From: Kondoa subrosea
Lineage: Eukaryota
Direction: 5' to 3'
Assembly (NCBI GenBank): GCA_039545335.1
Contig: BCIN01000002.1
Span: forward strand, 2,218,484-2,257,842
DNA: 39,359 nt
Positions 13,059 through 24,562 of the stretch are shown here, piece after piece; position 1 is the first letter of the stretch; every line of letters begins with the position of its first letter. The notes below the pieces were generated by a model, which searched no databases, was not told where the DNA came from, and worked only from the letters and a program-made list of their open reading frames with translations. The translations under genes were made by a program, and so were the position numbers.

Positions 13059-15488
13059 ATGTCTGTCCCTCGTAGCAGTGGTCTGGCATTACAAGATGAT
13101 CCAGCTACACCTAGAACCGATGCGACCGTTTCTTTTAGAGATATAATTCCAAAGCCAGATCATCCTAGAACTGCTGGCATTGACAAGCACGATGCGGTGT
13201 CCTGGTGTGAAAGCAGAAAACAGATTGATGCACCTGCATGGTTGATCAATAGACTGCAAGCGGAAAACTTGGAGACGCCTTGGATTGGTTTCACTGTAGA
13301 TGGGAAAGTGGATATGTCTGTTTACAAATGGGCGAAAGATGAAGGAGCACCAGTAGAGAAGGCTTGTGATGCTGCTCAAGCTCTAATGCAGCTGTTATCG
13401 GAAGAAGAGAAGACTAAGACTTGTTTGGACATCGACTCGGATCTGCTTAGACTATGGTCAAGTAAGCAGAACCCTGTCTCTTCACTTGCTCTCTCTGATT
13501 TCGAATCAAGATCCAGAGCTTTATGTTAATCCAGGTGGCCTTAGACTAGACGAAATCTCGAAAGACAAGCAAGAAGCGGTTCATGCCATTCTCAAGGCTT
13601 CGCTATCCGAGTCAGGCTTCAAGAAGACGCATGGCTGCATGCTGACCAATGGCTTCTTGGGAAAACTAGTATGTCATTACACAGTCTCTTCGATACCGCT
13701 GCTTATGTATGTTGAGCAAGGTTAATGGAGAGAAAGTACTCAACGAGCATTCTTACAACTTCAGACTATTCGGACATCCAGACCATCAGAAACCTTGGTA
13801 AGTTCTGCCGTACTCGTTGTTTTCCTATGGTTACTTACAGCTGGTTGAAAGGGGATGGACTATCTTTGGGCATCATCTATGTCTTTCCGTTATGTTTGTA
13901 GGCAGAAGAATGGTCATTGGTCCAACCTTCCTAGGTGCTGAACCGGATAGGATAGATGAGGGACCTCACGAAGGACTGCGCTTGTTTAGCGTAGAAGAAA
14001 TAGAGGGCCTCAACCTGTAAGTCTTAGACAGCCGGAAATCTGTTGAGTCTTAAGTGTTGTGCGTAGTATGCGAAGCTTGAAACCTGAACAGCAGAAGCAA
14101 GCACAGCTGAATGAAGATATGAAAGAAGGTCTAGCAGAAGATAGGTGGAACCCCTTTGACGAAAGGCATTTAGGCGGAACTCGACAAGATAACAGGTGAG
14201 TCGCTTTACTTATCAGTAGTATGTTGCTGATACTTGTGCTCAGAATTGTACCGTTCGTCTTGTGTTGGCTATATCAACAAGGCTAAGCTTACATGTCTCT
14301 TAACGCTAATCTAGATACGGTATGGAGTCATCATATGACATTTATATGAGTAGCTGACAGCATATACAGAGGGCTGCCCTGTATCTACCTTCAGCCCAGA
14401 TCAAAAAGCTCAAGTCATGCGCATTTTCGGCTCCTTTAATGACTATTTGCCGCAAGGCCCTTACGATGCTCGCATGAAGTTGCTCGAATCAAATCTAGAC
14501 AAGACCTACTTCGCTTGTATGTACAAAACTTTAAACCTGCTGACTGCTGTTCTGATACTTCGAAAGGGATCGGGAAGTTTGGCTTGGGCGATCCCTACTA
14601 TTATCGCCTACATTCTCCCGTCACTTTCTGCGAATTTGATTTCCACTGCGGAAGTGAGTCAGAGGTCTTCAAAGCGTTGATCCACTCTAATATACTTCGA
14701 CAGTCTTCCTCACGAATACGGTAGGTTGAACTACAGCTACGCATACAAAGCTTACGCGCGAACAGTCACCAGCAAAATGTCATATCCATACTATCAACAG
14801 GCTACCGAACAAAGCAGATTACGGGCGAGCCTTGATACATCAATATGAAAGAGAACAAGCGGAAGCCGAAGGGAAATCAGTTCCTATCAATCTGTGCTCA
14901 GTGGTACGTATATTACTGTACTTGGTCTCAGACGTGTACTTACATTCAAGACAGAACACTGCTCCCGAGCGTGCGAAAAGATTGATTGGTATCCTCATTG
15001 AAGACATCAAGGATCGATATAGCCTCAAACATGCAGCTAATAGCTCCAGTAAGCAGCTGCTTCAGTTGTGCGAGAAAATCTCTCACAGTTAAGACTAGCT
15101 ATCGAAGGTGTAAAGCCAATGCTGCTATCAATTCAACCGCCTCGTGAGATCAAAATTTTGTGTTTGTAGCAAGCTAATATTACTATTTCAGCCGGTATCC
15201 TCTTCTGTGCTTCTATGTGGACTCCAGAACAGCAAGAAGAGATTCAACGAATCGCTCGAGAAACGATTCCAGGCATCAAGACTGCTGCAATTCCTAGTGA
15301 GCAAGCTTTGCTATCGACTTCTCTGCCCTGATATCGCACATCAGCTGGTTTACAAGTGGAGAAGGGTCCAGATGCTGTCGTAGAGGTAAGGTTACATTGC
15401 TATACATCCGCTGCTCTTTCTAATAAAGTTCTCTCTGAAGTTTCTCAAGGCAAAGATAGACGGGATAATGCAAGGGACTCAAGCCTGA
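13059..15488 (+). CDS. DUF3500-domain protein fused C-terminally to a ~115-aa uncharacterised domain (NTAPERAKRLIG...FCASMWTPE...GLQVEKGPDAVVE)
   Basis: DUF3500 motifs WSNPELYVNPGGLRLDE, YNFRLFG, WGWTIFGHHLCL, PTFLGAEPD, YYYRLHSP, EFDFHCG and HIHTINRLPNKADYG. The frame continues with no stop into the second domain through introns 14904-14954, 15049-15098, 15144-15191, 15297-15344 and 15386-~15440. Stop TGA 15486-15488. Confidence 0.8.
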
Positions 15489-15589
15489 TAGTGCAGCTTA
15501 TGTAGTATACGATTCCTGTGTACCCTGTCGAAAGGCAATGGCCCGACCAATCATGCGGTAGATTACAGGAAAGATGTCGGAAAACAATC

Positions 15590-16928
15590 ATGGCTTTCAG
15601 ACGTACTATAGCAGCTATGTCAACTTCATCCTGGTCCAGATTAGTACGATTCGTACCAAAATCCAGTCCTTCCAAAGTTCTTATTGGAGAGCCTGTCAAT
15701 TCTACGATTGATTTGGGTCTTGCTTCGTTCGCTGGAGATAAGATCGATGTCAATGTCTACGGTAGGCTGATACCTCGCTCAGCCAGTCATTTAGCTCATC
15801 AAATTATAGATGGAACCTCTATCTTGAATGCTGGAAAACAGACAGGCCAAGTTGAGCAAGTCGAAAGGTTCGCCTTGTCTGAATGTCGAATTCGGGAGCT
15901 CAATAGATCTGACTCATACTTGATAGACTTCTATCTCCGCTGTCAGAGGCTGAAGTTGGCACTATCCGCTGCATTGGTCTCAATTACGAAGGTCATGCGA
16001 AAGAAGGTAAGTTGCCCTGACGCTCAAGCGGGGTACATCTGACAGCTTTCGGTTTGTAGGAGGTTTCCCAATTCGTACGCACTGCTCTAGACTAGAGATT
16101 GGGAGCTGAACTGAACTATCCTGTAGCCAAAGTACCTGTCATTTTCCTAAAGCCAGCAACTTGCATACACGACCCTTATCCAGCTAAGATCATTGTACCC
16201 AAATGGACTATTCCTTCAGATTCGGCAGACTTTGAATCAGAATTAGGCGTAGTAAGTATTGCTCGTTTTAAGCTAGTGATGTAGTTTCTGATCACAGAGA
16301 TCCAAGGTCATATCCAAAGACTGCAAAGATGTGTCTGTAGAGAACGCAATGGACTACGTCTTAGGTTATACATCAACAAACGATGTCAGCTCAAGGGAAT
16401 CCCAATTCGATCAAAGCCAGTGGTGTTTCTCAAAAGGTAAGTTTCTATCGCTCTCTGTTCGCTCATTACTCATTGCATATGTGACAGGATTTGACAAAGC
16501 TTCACCTGCCGGACCTTGCATTGTATCACCAAAACTTATCCCAGATCCATCAAAGCTGAAGCTAAGAGGTTTACTGAATGGCAAAGTAGTACAAGAAAGT
16601 GGTCTCGAGTGAGTCAAGCATATGTTCCCATCCGCATGAGAAAGCTGAACTGTATCGTAGCGATCTCATCTTCGATGTTCCTCGACTGATTTCAGATTTA
16701 TCAAGAGGGACAACACTTCGAGCAGGCTGCTTGATCCTGACTGGTACTCCAGCAGGAATCGGTCAGTCATCTCTTAGCCTTAGCTTCAGCTGTAATTGGT
16801 CGCTAAATTTCCCGCGTTTAGGTTGGATGAGAAACCCAAAGATCAGGCTGCAAGAGGGTGACGAATTCAGAGTAGAGATCTTGCCCTCAATTGGTACTCT
16901 TATCAACGTTGTTGAGCATGAAAAGTAG
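15590..16928 (+). CDS. Fumarylacetoacetate hydrolase (FAH) family protein, FAHD2/Fmp41-like
   Basis: Motifs WSRLVRF, IRCIGLNYEGHAKE, PVIFLKP, ADFESELGVVI, YVLGYTSTNDVSSR, WCFSKGFD and LRAGCLILTGTPAGIG. Stop TAG 16926-16928. Confidence 0.92.
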
Positions 16929-17088
16929 AGAGAAGCGGAATCGGGTATTTAAAACCGCCGAAGTTGCATAGGATTTGAAAGCAACCTCTTGTCCTCTTAC
17001 AAGCCATAATATACTCAAGCGACTTGTGCTTGCGTCGTCCTCCACTGAAGCCAGATTTCAACTGGCCCTGGCCTTTCCTCAAACCATT

Positions 17089-18132
17089 ATGTCAGCCAAA
17101 CTCACGCCTGCCTTCAAGCAAGTCTTGCTCCGAGGTGGTGATCCAGCCAAAGGACCATCAGCAACAGCACTTAGATCTCTCTTCAAGAGATGCGAAGAGA
17201 CTTCCGCAAAGCATTCAGTTCCTACAAACCATTGGTTGGCTTTAACGAGCGCTTCCTTCTATACGCTCAACACACCTGGAAGTCTGGTTCATCTGTATGG
17301 ACATTTGAAGGAAACTGTTTCGGCTGTAGAAGAGCGAGCGAAGAGGGCTGCTGTTATGCGAGAAACTGGGTTAAAGTGCATTTCGTGAGCATTTGTATGA
17401 TTCGCTCGGGCCTGCAATTTACGGATGCTTAGATTCATCGGCATAGCCAAGGTGATTCCACTTCTCCGGGCGATCGACTTTCTTCTAACGAGCAAGGCAG
17501 ATCATCAATGAACTCGGTGTACTCAGTTCAGCTTTCGATCCCGAAGTAAAGGAAGCGCTGTCGAAGCAATCATCGAGGTCAGCTTCTCTCTTTTTGCGAT
17601 GACCTGTCCTCACAAACAACCTTAGATCAGTCAAACCTGATAATCTCCCAAACGTCCGTACTTCAGGAGTACGTTCATTTTGGATATCGGCTAGTAGTAG
17701 CTAACTTGTATCTCTCAGTCTGATTTATGGAAAGCAATCTACGCGCCTCACGATACCAAATTGATCAATAAGCTGCAAGATTATCATCCTGATCTACCTG
17801 TTCATATTCTCGAATCGCACTATGGTCCTCTTCTTTCTAATCCAGCTCGTCAAGGGGATGTGGACCGAGTAGGTACATCTTTAGTAGCTATTGCTTGCTT
17901 GAGAGGTAAATTGGCCTCCGTTCTACCTTTAATCAAATTATGCTGAACAATTACTCTAGCCCAAGGTGGTGTGGGACCTCAAGTCATTTCCCATGTACTA
18001 GGACTCAAGAAAGCTGGAGCTGAAGCTGGCTGGTTAGCTACTGATGAAGGGTCAGAATGGACTGTTGGTGTAGTTGACGAAATCATCAAGATGTCGGAAG
18101 AAGCAGCCAAGGAACCTCAGGCGAAGTTATAG
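17089..18132 (+). CDS. AhpD-like/carboxymuconolactone-decarboxylase-fold fungal protein (Pxp2-like) with C-terminal PTS1 AKL
   Basis: Motifs MRETGLKCISFIGIAKIINEL, LWKAIYAP...KLQDYHPDLPVHILESHYGPLLS and [28 protein letters not shown]. Ends EPQAKL* (TAG 18130-18132). Confidence 0.7.
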
Positions 18133-18435
18133 GTAGAAAACAATGTATTTGTGATAAGGGGACATATCGTCCGTATTACTACTCTTGCCAATGTCAAAAA
18201 CCTTGAAGGTGTCCGAAAATCATGCAGAGCGCAGTGGCTTCTTCTCATTCGACGAGTTCATCTTCCTCGTGTAGAGTCATCAGTCGATTGGACTCTGCCT
18301 CATGATACGGCTGCTCTTTTCGCTGATTAAAGCTTTGACCTTTGCGAATTGCAAATTGAAATTGCCAAGTCTGCGCTCGAACCTCACTATCCATTCTGTG
18401 ATGCTGTTTTCTCGTTCTTCTGCAGCATCTGCACC

Positions 18436-20539
18436 ATGTTTTCTCTCCTCTCCAATGGCTCTATCCAGCTGCAATCACCTGACCTGGGTGGAGGCAGAAG
18501 CAAGCGGCCTCGAGCTATTTCGAACAGACGCATTATAGCTGGCCTACTCTGCGTTGTTCTACTCATAACTCTGGCTCTGTACCAAAAGCAAGAACCTGTC
18601 AGAAGATACATCAATACATCTGTTGGCGATATTTTGCAGCCAGATCTTTCTGAAGCAGTTTCTCAAATAGAATCAAGCTGTCCAAGTCCTCTTATACCTC
18701 CTCTACCCGATTTATCTTCTCCTTTAGATCTATATCAATGTGTAGAGCAGCCTTCTATCAACCCAGAATTCAAAATTTCCATCTGCCCATTGAGAGAAAG
18801 ACAAACCTGTAACACATTTACTGTGCTTGTGGAAAGGACGGATATTCTTGTATGCAGGGATTCAGATGCACTACCGATAACGAGTTTCAAGGAAGAGGCA
18901 GAAATGGTCAGGAATAATCTGGGGCCTGACGCATTTGAGGTGGTCATTTCTGGTGCACAGAAGCTATCAGTTGTGATTCCATATCAGGTCAGTCATTTTC
19001 TATTGAAAGGTTATCTTAGCTGATGCGATGAATCAGTACAACCACAATACAAGGCCGTGTCAATATGCTTTTCCTATCACGTTGAGCAATGCTGGCAATT
19101 TCAGCATCCAGGTCTATCACATGTATGATCGTTATCAAGGTTTCAGTGAAATCATGGAGAACCCTGATACCGGAGCGCTATGGGACGCGAGGTGAGCCAA
19201 ACTCATTGAGTTTGCACATGTCCATTGAAAAAATGGATCAGGCAGTCAGATCGTTACGATATGCCTCTAGTACCAAGATTGATCGATACACCTCTGCTAC
19301 CCGAAGGCGGTCTATCTAGCGATCAATTACCAGCCAGTATCGTTTGCCCATCTTCATGTCGTTCTTTCGCCTTCCCGACTCGACCAAACACTTCTCCAAC
19401 CGGTTCCGTTCGCTTTCTAGCAGGATCGGAAAATTTACCACTATGCAGCTTTAGAAGTGTCATTGAAGGCGTCTATCTACCTGATCCTTCCCCCAACCGT
19501 CAAAATGCAGAGGTTCCGGTCGTTCCATATCGATTTCAGCCTCTCGGATGTCGGTTTCACGGAGCTAATATGGCGATATTGAACGGTACGGATGGTATGA
19601 GGGAAAGAGAGAAGTGTTTTGCAAATAACAAGAAAAGGAGGATCATCATTCAGGTATGCAGCCTTGTCAGGCGGTCATTCTGGCGCTGAACCTTTCTCAC
19701 AGGGAGATTCTCATGTTCGCATGACCTTTGATGGTCTTATACCAAGACTGCTTGCGGAAGGAGATGAAGTGCCTATATATGTACGCGTATTACATCGTTA
19801 CCATTACCATGACTGATTATTATTTGCAGGAGAAGGCAAAGAACAAAACGCAGGCACTCGGTCCTGATCTAGTCTTTGACTTCAAGTGGGATCCACATCT
19901 CAGATATCTCATTGGAGAAGAGCAGCCTTACGAGACGGATGTCCTGATCATCTCCAGCGTGAGCACGATCTTGCACTGCTGTCTTCATGTGGCTGACATT
20001 TCGATCATGCAGGGATCGCATCAAGCTCGAAAAAGACATAGCACACGCAGTTTGTCTTACTATCTAATCGTATGAAGTTGACCTGAGACTTTCCTCCCTC
20101 TAGCCTATATGAGTGCCATGACTGCAGCTTTCACTCGCGCCCGCGCGATGTACCAAGGGATTAATGCACCTCCGACACCAAAGGTCATAGTAATTAGCGT
20201 TCCTTCAAAACTAGTGCGTACTCCTTTTTGGCTGGATATATTGCTCAAGCTCCTCGTTTATAGCCTCAAGAGCAACAATGGAGAACACAAACTCGACTGC
20301 AGAACTGGTCTGCTCGTGCTCTAGCGAACGCTGCTACTATTGGCATACCAGATCTCAGTCTGGTTGATGGCTTCTCGACTACCCTGCCCTTTTCTCGTCT
20401 ATCGCCAGATAATATAGTAAGATTTATGACTGTGACAACGCTTTCAATACTGATCTTGAGGCAGCATTTTCGTGATTTACCACCTCAAGAAGCCTGGTTT
20501 ATGATCCTACTGCATCAAATGAATCTGTGCGGATCGTAA
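18436..20539 (+). CDS. Type II membrane protein with an SGNH/PC-esterase-like domain; putative polysaccharide O-acyltransferase or esterase
   Basis: N-terminal TM IIAGLLCVVLLITLALY. YRFQPLGC precedes the spliced RIIIQ|GDSHVR motif, and the C-terminus has SPDNI|HF (DxxH). Stop TAA 20537-20539. Confidence 0.6.
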
Positions 20540-21104
20540 TGATCACAATTCGGCTGTTGATCGACGCTGACTGTGTCTTCGCAATAATTTGATCCTCATT
20601 CTCTCTTCTGTTCTTCCTTTCTCCTTGACTTCTGTTTCAGGCTAGGTGCCTCCAGAAGCGTCGGAGGCCGCACTTGAAGTGAGATGGACCATCTGGCCCT
20701 CGTAAGAAGACTGTCGTTGTAGCCAATTCCTGATCAGCATAGATCACGCTTTCTACATGCTCTTTCCACACAAAGAGATCCGTGTATCGTATTCGCTCTA
20801 TCCTTGTTCACAGGCCGAAGCAGAATCGTACAAGTAGAGGAAGCTTGATTTGCTGATGGCATAATCTCGCAAGATACACCTCAGGCTTCTCCTTCTCGAG
20901 AAGAGACCAGTCCGGAGCAAGGAGTCCTTCCGAGGCGGTGTGCCGCTTCCATTAAGTCCAAAGTCTTGTGTGATTGTATATCAGCGGCCAAAATTGTATA
21001 ATTGAGCGCACGGAACTCGAGAATATAGTACAATATTAATATCTGACAGCCTCTATCCCTAACAACATACAAATATAACATATAGGTTTGAATTCTAAGG
21101 ACCC

Positions 21105-22575
21105 TCATCGATCAGCAAACGGATTCTTCCATTTCGATCCAGCAGAACTTGTCGCGCTCTTCCATGTTCCAGTCTGTTCTTCATTTAACCGAATAGGGAA
21201 GAATTGGGGTACAATTGAATCCCCATCTGATGTTATTGTAGATGCAGTCAGGGATGTACTGCGGGAAAGAGTATCTTCTTCTTCGTTAGAAGAGGCTTTG
21301 GTAGCTGCTGTTTTTATTGATAATCGTTTAGATTCAGCTAAACTGTTGATGGAATAGCTGTCTATGTCTTTTGGTAATCGAGCTGCTGGTGTTGGAGCTT
21401 TGAGCAGTGGGAATCGAGAACCGACAGTACTTGCTGCTGACATTGGTGATTCAGCATCCACATCGTCTGCGAAAGGATTGGAAGAAGTTTGAGAATTGCG
21501 TTGATTGTTTCCTGCTTGATTATGATATAAGAAGAGACCTTGAGTGCCAGCTTCTAGTTCAGCTGGATTGAGAGAAAGAGCGCTTTGGCGCGGAGTTGTG
21601 GTATAGCCGGAATTGGGAGTGAGTGCCCGCTGAATCATGTAAGGTTCCGTGACGTTGTTGACTGAAGTAGTAGTATAAACCGAAGAAGATCCATCATCGA
21701 TTACTGGTCGAACACTTGACACTCGTTTATTTGTCTGCTTGCTCAGCAGCCGCCGATATACAAAGTAGAAGTAGCCCGCTAGAGCTGTGGTGAAGATGAG
21801 GAAAGCGAGGAGAATGACAGAAGAGTGAGGTAGCAGCGATTCCATCCGATGCATTTTGACAACTTCCGTTAAGCATTTGTCGCTGGTTTTCTCGTCAGCT
21901 CACTGCATTCGTGAATAGGTCTATCAAATGACATACTCTTTTGAGTTCTGCACCAAGAAGGGCACAGAGTTTTGTGAATCTGCGGGGCAAAGTCAGTCAC
22001 GACCAAGTAAGACAGAATCTCGTTAGACAACTCACATGAGCCAGCATGGTCCACGATGACGACCCAGAGGTTCTTTCCAGCTTCTACATTCGTTTGCCAT
22101 TCAAGGGTCGGCCCTCCCGACTGATTGTAATACACGTTGAACATGCTGGGCGTAAAATCTTAGCCCAATTGTCAGACAAATGGACTTCATAACGCACCCA
22201 TCCGAGACTACTTCCCAATCCTGTCCCGTTGGTCCAACACCGTGCGGATCTTGTTGATAGAATTCGACCCGCTGTTGAGAGAACGTTCAGGAAATTGACG
22301 GACAATGGTCTCGAAGTCTCAGACTAACCACTGGTTGTACTCCGCCTTGCCATGATAAAGCTATAATACACCAGAGCATGAGCCAACAGAAACCCCGAGA
22401 TGAAAGAGCAATTTCACTGACTCGTATTCTTGCATTGGGTGGGCTGCGTTAGGAAGGTAATAGAGTCTGCTCCTCCTAATGGATCATCAGGCATAGTGTC
22501 CGTCTCGTCACTGGTCGACCACCGTTAGAAGCCTAGAGCTTTTGTGTACCAAGAGAATTTCCTTCCTTACCTCAT
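21105..22575 (-). CDS. Single-pass membrane protein with a small N-terminal beta-rich domain and a Ser/Thr-rich cytoplasmic tail
   Basis: Exons give MSDETDTMPDD...TQPTQC...TLSWQGG...LEWQTNVEAGKNLWVVIVDHAG, resembling the basidiomycete Ser/Thr-rich cell-surface protein domain. TM VILLAFLIFTTALAGYFYFVY is followed by RR, and the tail has two NPFAD motifs. Confidence 0.55.
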
Positions 22576-23400
22576 GGTTGCGAATTATTTATTGGCCGAT
22601 AGCCCGACAAGGTTCTAGGGCCAAGACTGGATGGACTGCGAAGAAGACCGAAGTGACTGAACCGGCTGTACTGTGGACAGCTTGATCGAAGTGTTGGCGG
22701 ATTGAGAGAAACTTGAAGGCCGCGATAGGTTCTTTTGAGCAAGTTAAGCCGAGTGAAGTCAAGGCACAGCGGCAATTCAGCGGATATCAGGACAGGACAG
22801 GACAGTGTCAAGACGGTTGCGATGTTCTACAATGCAACGTCAAATCTGCGCTGAAGTAGTATATTAATCAAATACGTTATATGCAGTTCAATGTTTCTCG
22901 TGATTTGCTTCGGATCTTCTATCCCTGTCCGATTGAGTTCGTTGAAGCTGCTAGCCAGCAGTACATATGATTAATAGTTTCGAAGGTTGAGAAACAGATT
23001 TGCGAGATAATACGGGTCCACCTGGTATGAAGAACAGGAGAGAAGAAGGAAAAGGATAAAGAGATAGGAACAGGAATGCGTACGCTAGCCAAGCAATAGC
23101 CAGAATGAGAAATCGGAAAGCCTTCGATAATTAGAGATGATATTACACATTTGCCCGTTGAATCATTTGATGCCAGTCGATCCTTTCCCAGTCGATTTCG
23201 TTGCGTCGCATACACTTCGTTCTATTGCTTCACTCTTCTGCTTCTTCCTCCTCAGCAGGCTGCATGTCAAAGCAATTCAAATTCAAATTTGCGTGCACGT
23301 CGTATTCGCAAAGACTTACAGTATCGGATTCAGCCATCTTCTTGGCAGCACTGCAGTAACTACTTTAGCCACTACGTCCGCCTTCTCTAGATAAGAAAGC

Positions 23401-24562
23401 TCACGGTTTAGCACGACCAGATTTGCGAGCACCCTCGGCAGGTTCTTTTTTAGTAGTTTTTGCCTTCTTAGCCTTAGGTTTCTCTTCGTCTTCGTCAGAT
23501 CCAGTAGCTTCTGCTTCTTCTTCCTCAGATTCTGCCTTTTTGGCTTTCTTCTGTTCGATCAAGCCAGGTGCCATCAGTATACTACTGAATGTCTGGTCAG
23601 AAACGAACAGCAGGAGCCTTGCGTTTGGTAGGCTTTGGCTTTTCCTCTTCCTCTTCGCCATCATCGTCTGCTTTCTTGCCCTTCTTCTATTCATCACATA
23701 AGAGTAGGTCAAAGTGTGTTTAATATCAACGCACGGCAGGCTTCTTCTTAGCAGCAGCTTTTTCTTCCTTAGCAGCGGCTTTCTGAGCTTCCTTTTCTGC
23801 CTTGGCAGCAGCTTTTGCTTCTTCTGCTTCTCTGACAACTAATTAATATACGTCAGTAAAACATCGACTTTGAGGCGCTTCAAATCAACTTACCAGGTGT
23901 AACATCCTCCTCAGCAACTACACATTGATGAGACATACTGAAGGGAAATAAGCGCTATTGCTTACCATGACCAGTTTCCCAAGCTTTACGAATACGTTCT
24001 TGATCTTCTTCACGCATGTCTTCAAAGCCATCCAATTCTTCTGGCTTGTCTTCAGTCTCGGCTTTCATGTTACTGATAACCTCTGTTCCCAACGGTCATT
24101 AGGCCATTGCGCACATAAAAGACGGTAAGCAATGTGGAAACTAACTCTCGGTAAGACAGCCCCAATGTTTCCACTGCATGCTGTCTTTTGCTTCACCATC
24201 ACCTTTGGATGGGATCTTGGCCAGAGTACCAATACGAATTTCACCTTTCACTGTATTCAATTGATTATATCAGCTTTGCAATTGTATTCTCGAAGGGCCG
24301 TAAAACGTACAGAGCTTGTTAGCTGGACCACTGTCCTTGCATGCTTTCTGTATTCATGGACGCGTCAGTGGATCATACAGTAGCCGATTGAAGATGCATA
24401 CGCTGGCTTTGCATCCAGCTCTGTGCGGTGATTCAAGTTAGAAAGAGGCTTGAGATCATTCTGAGACGATTGCAAACCTGTTGTTGGCAGAGTACTCGAT
24501 TCTATGGCACAGGATTAGCTCCATAGGACCCTATCTAGAGTTAGAGCATACCTGTAAGGCAT
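23401..24562 (-). CDS. PARP-type zinc finger (zf-PARP) protein with a Lys/Glu/Ala-rich tail
   Basis: Spliced MPYR|IEYSANNR|AGCKAS|KACK...KGEIRIGTL...QWKHWGCLT...EELDGFEDMREEDQERIRKAWETGH, followed by a low-complexity KKAK tail. Stop at 23401. Confidence 0.85.

Noticed and set aside
16926..16952. Cryptic PTS1 by stop readthrough of the FAH gene
   Set aside because: The extension would end ...AESGI*, which is not a PTS1.
20640..21000. Protein-like minus-strand fragments (WKRHTASEGLLAPDWSLLEKEKPEVYL; RYTDLFVWKEHVESVIYADQEL)
   Set aside because: No consistent start, splice path or family could be established. A small gene or relic is possible but unsupported.
22788..22805. (CAGGA)3 short tandem repeat
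   Set aside because: Too short to distinguish from background.
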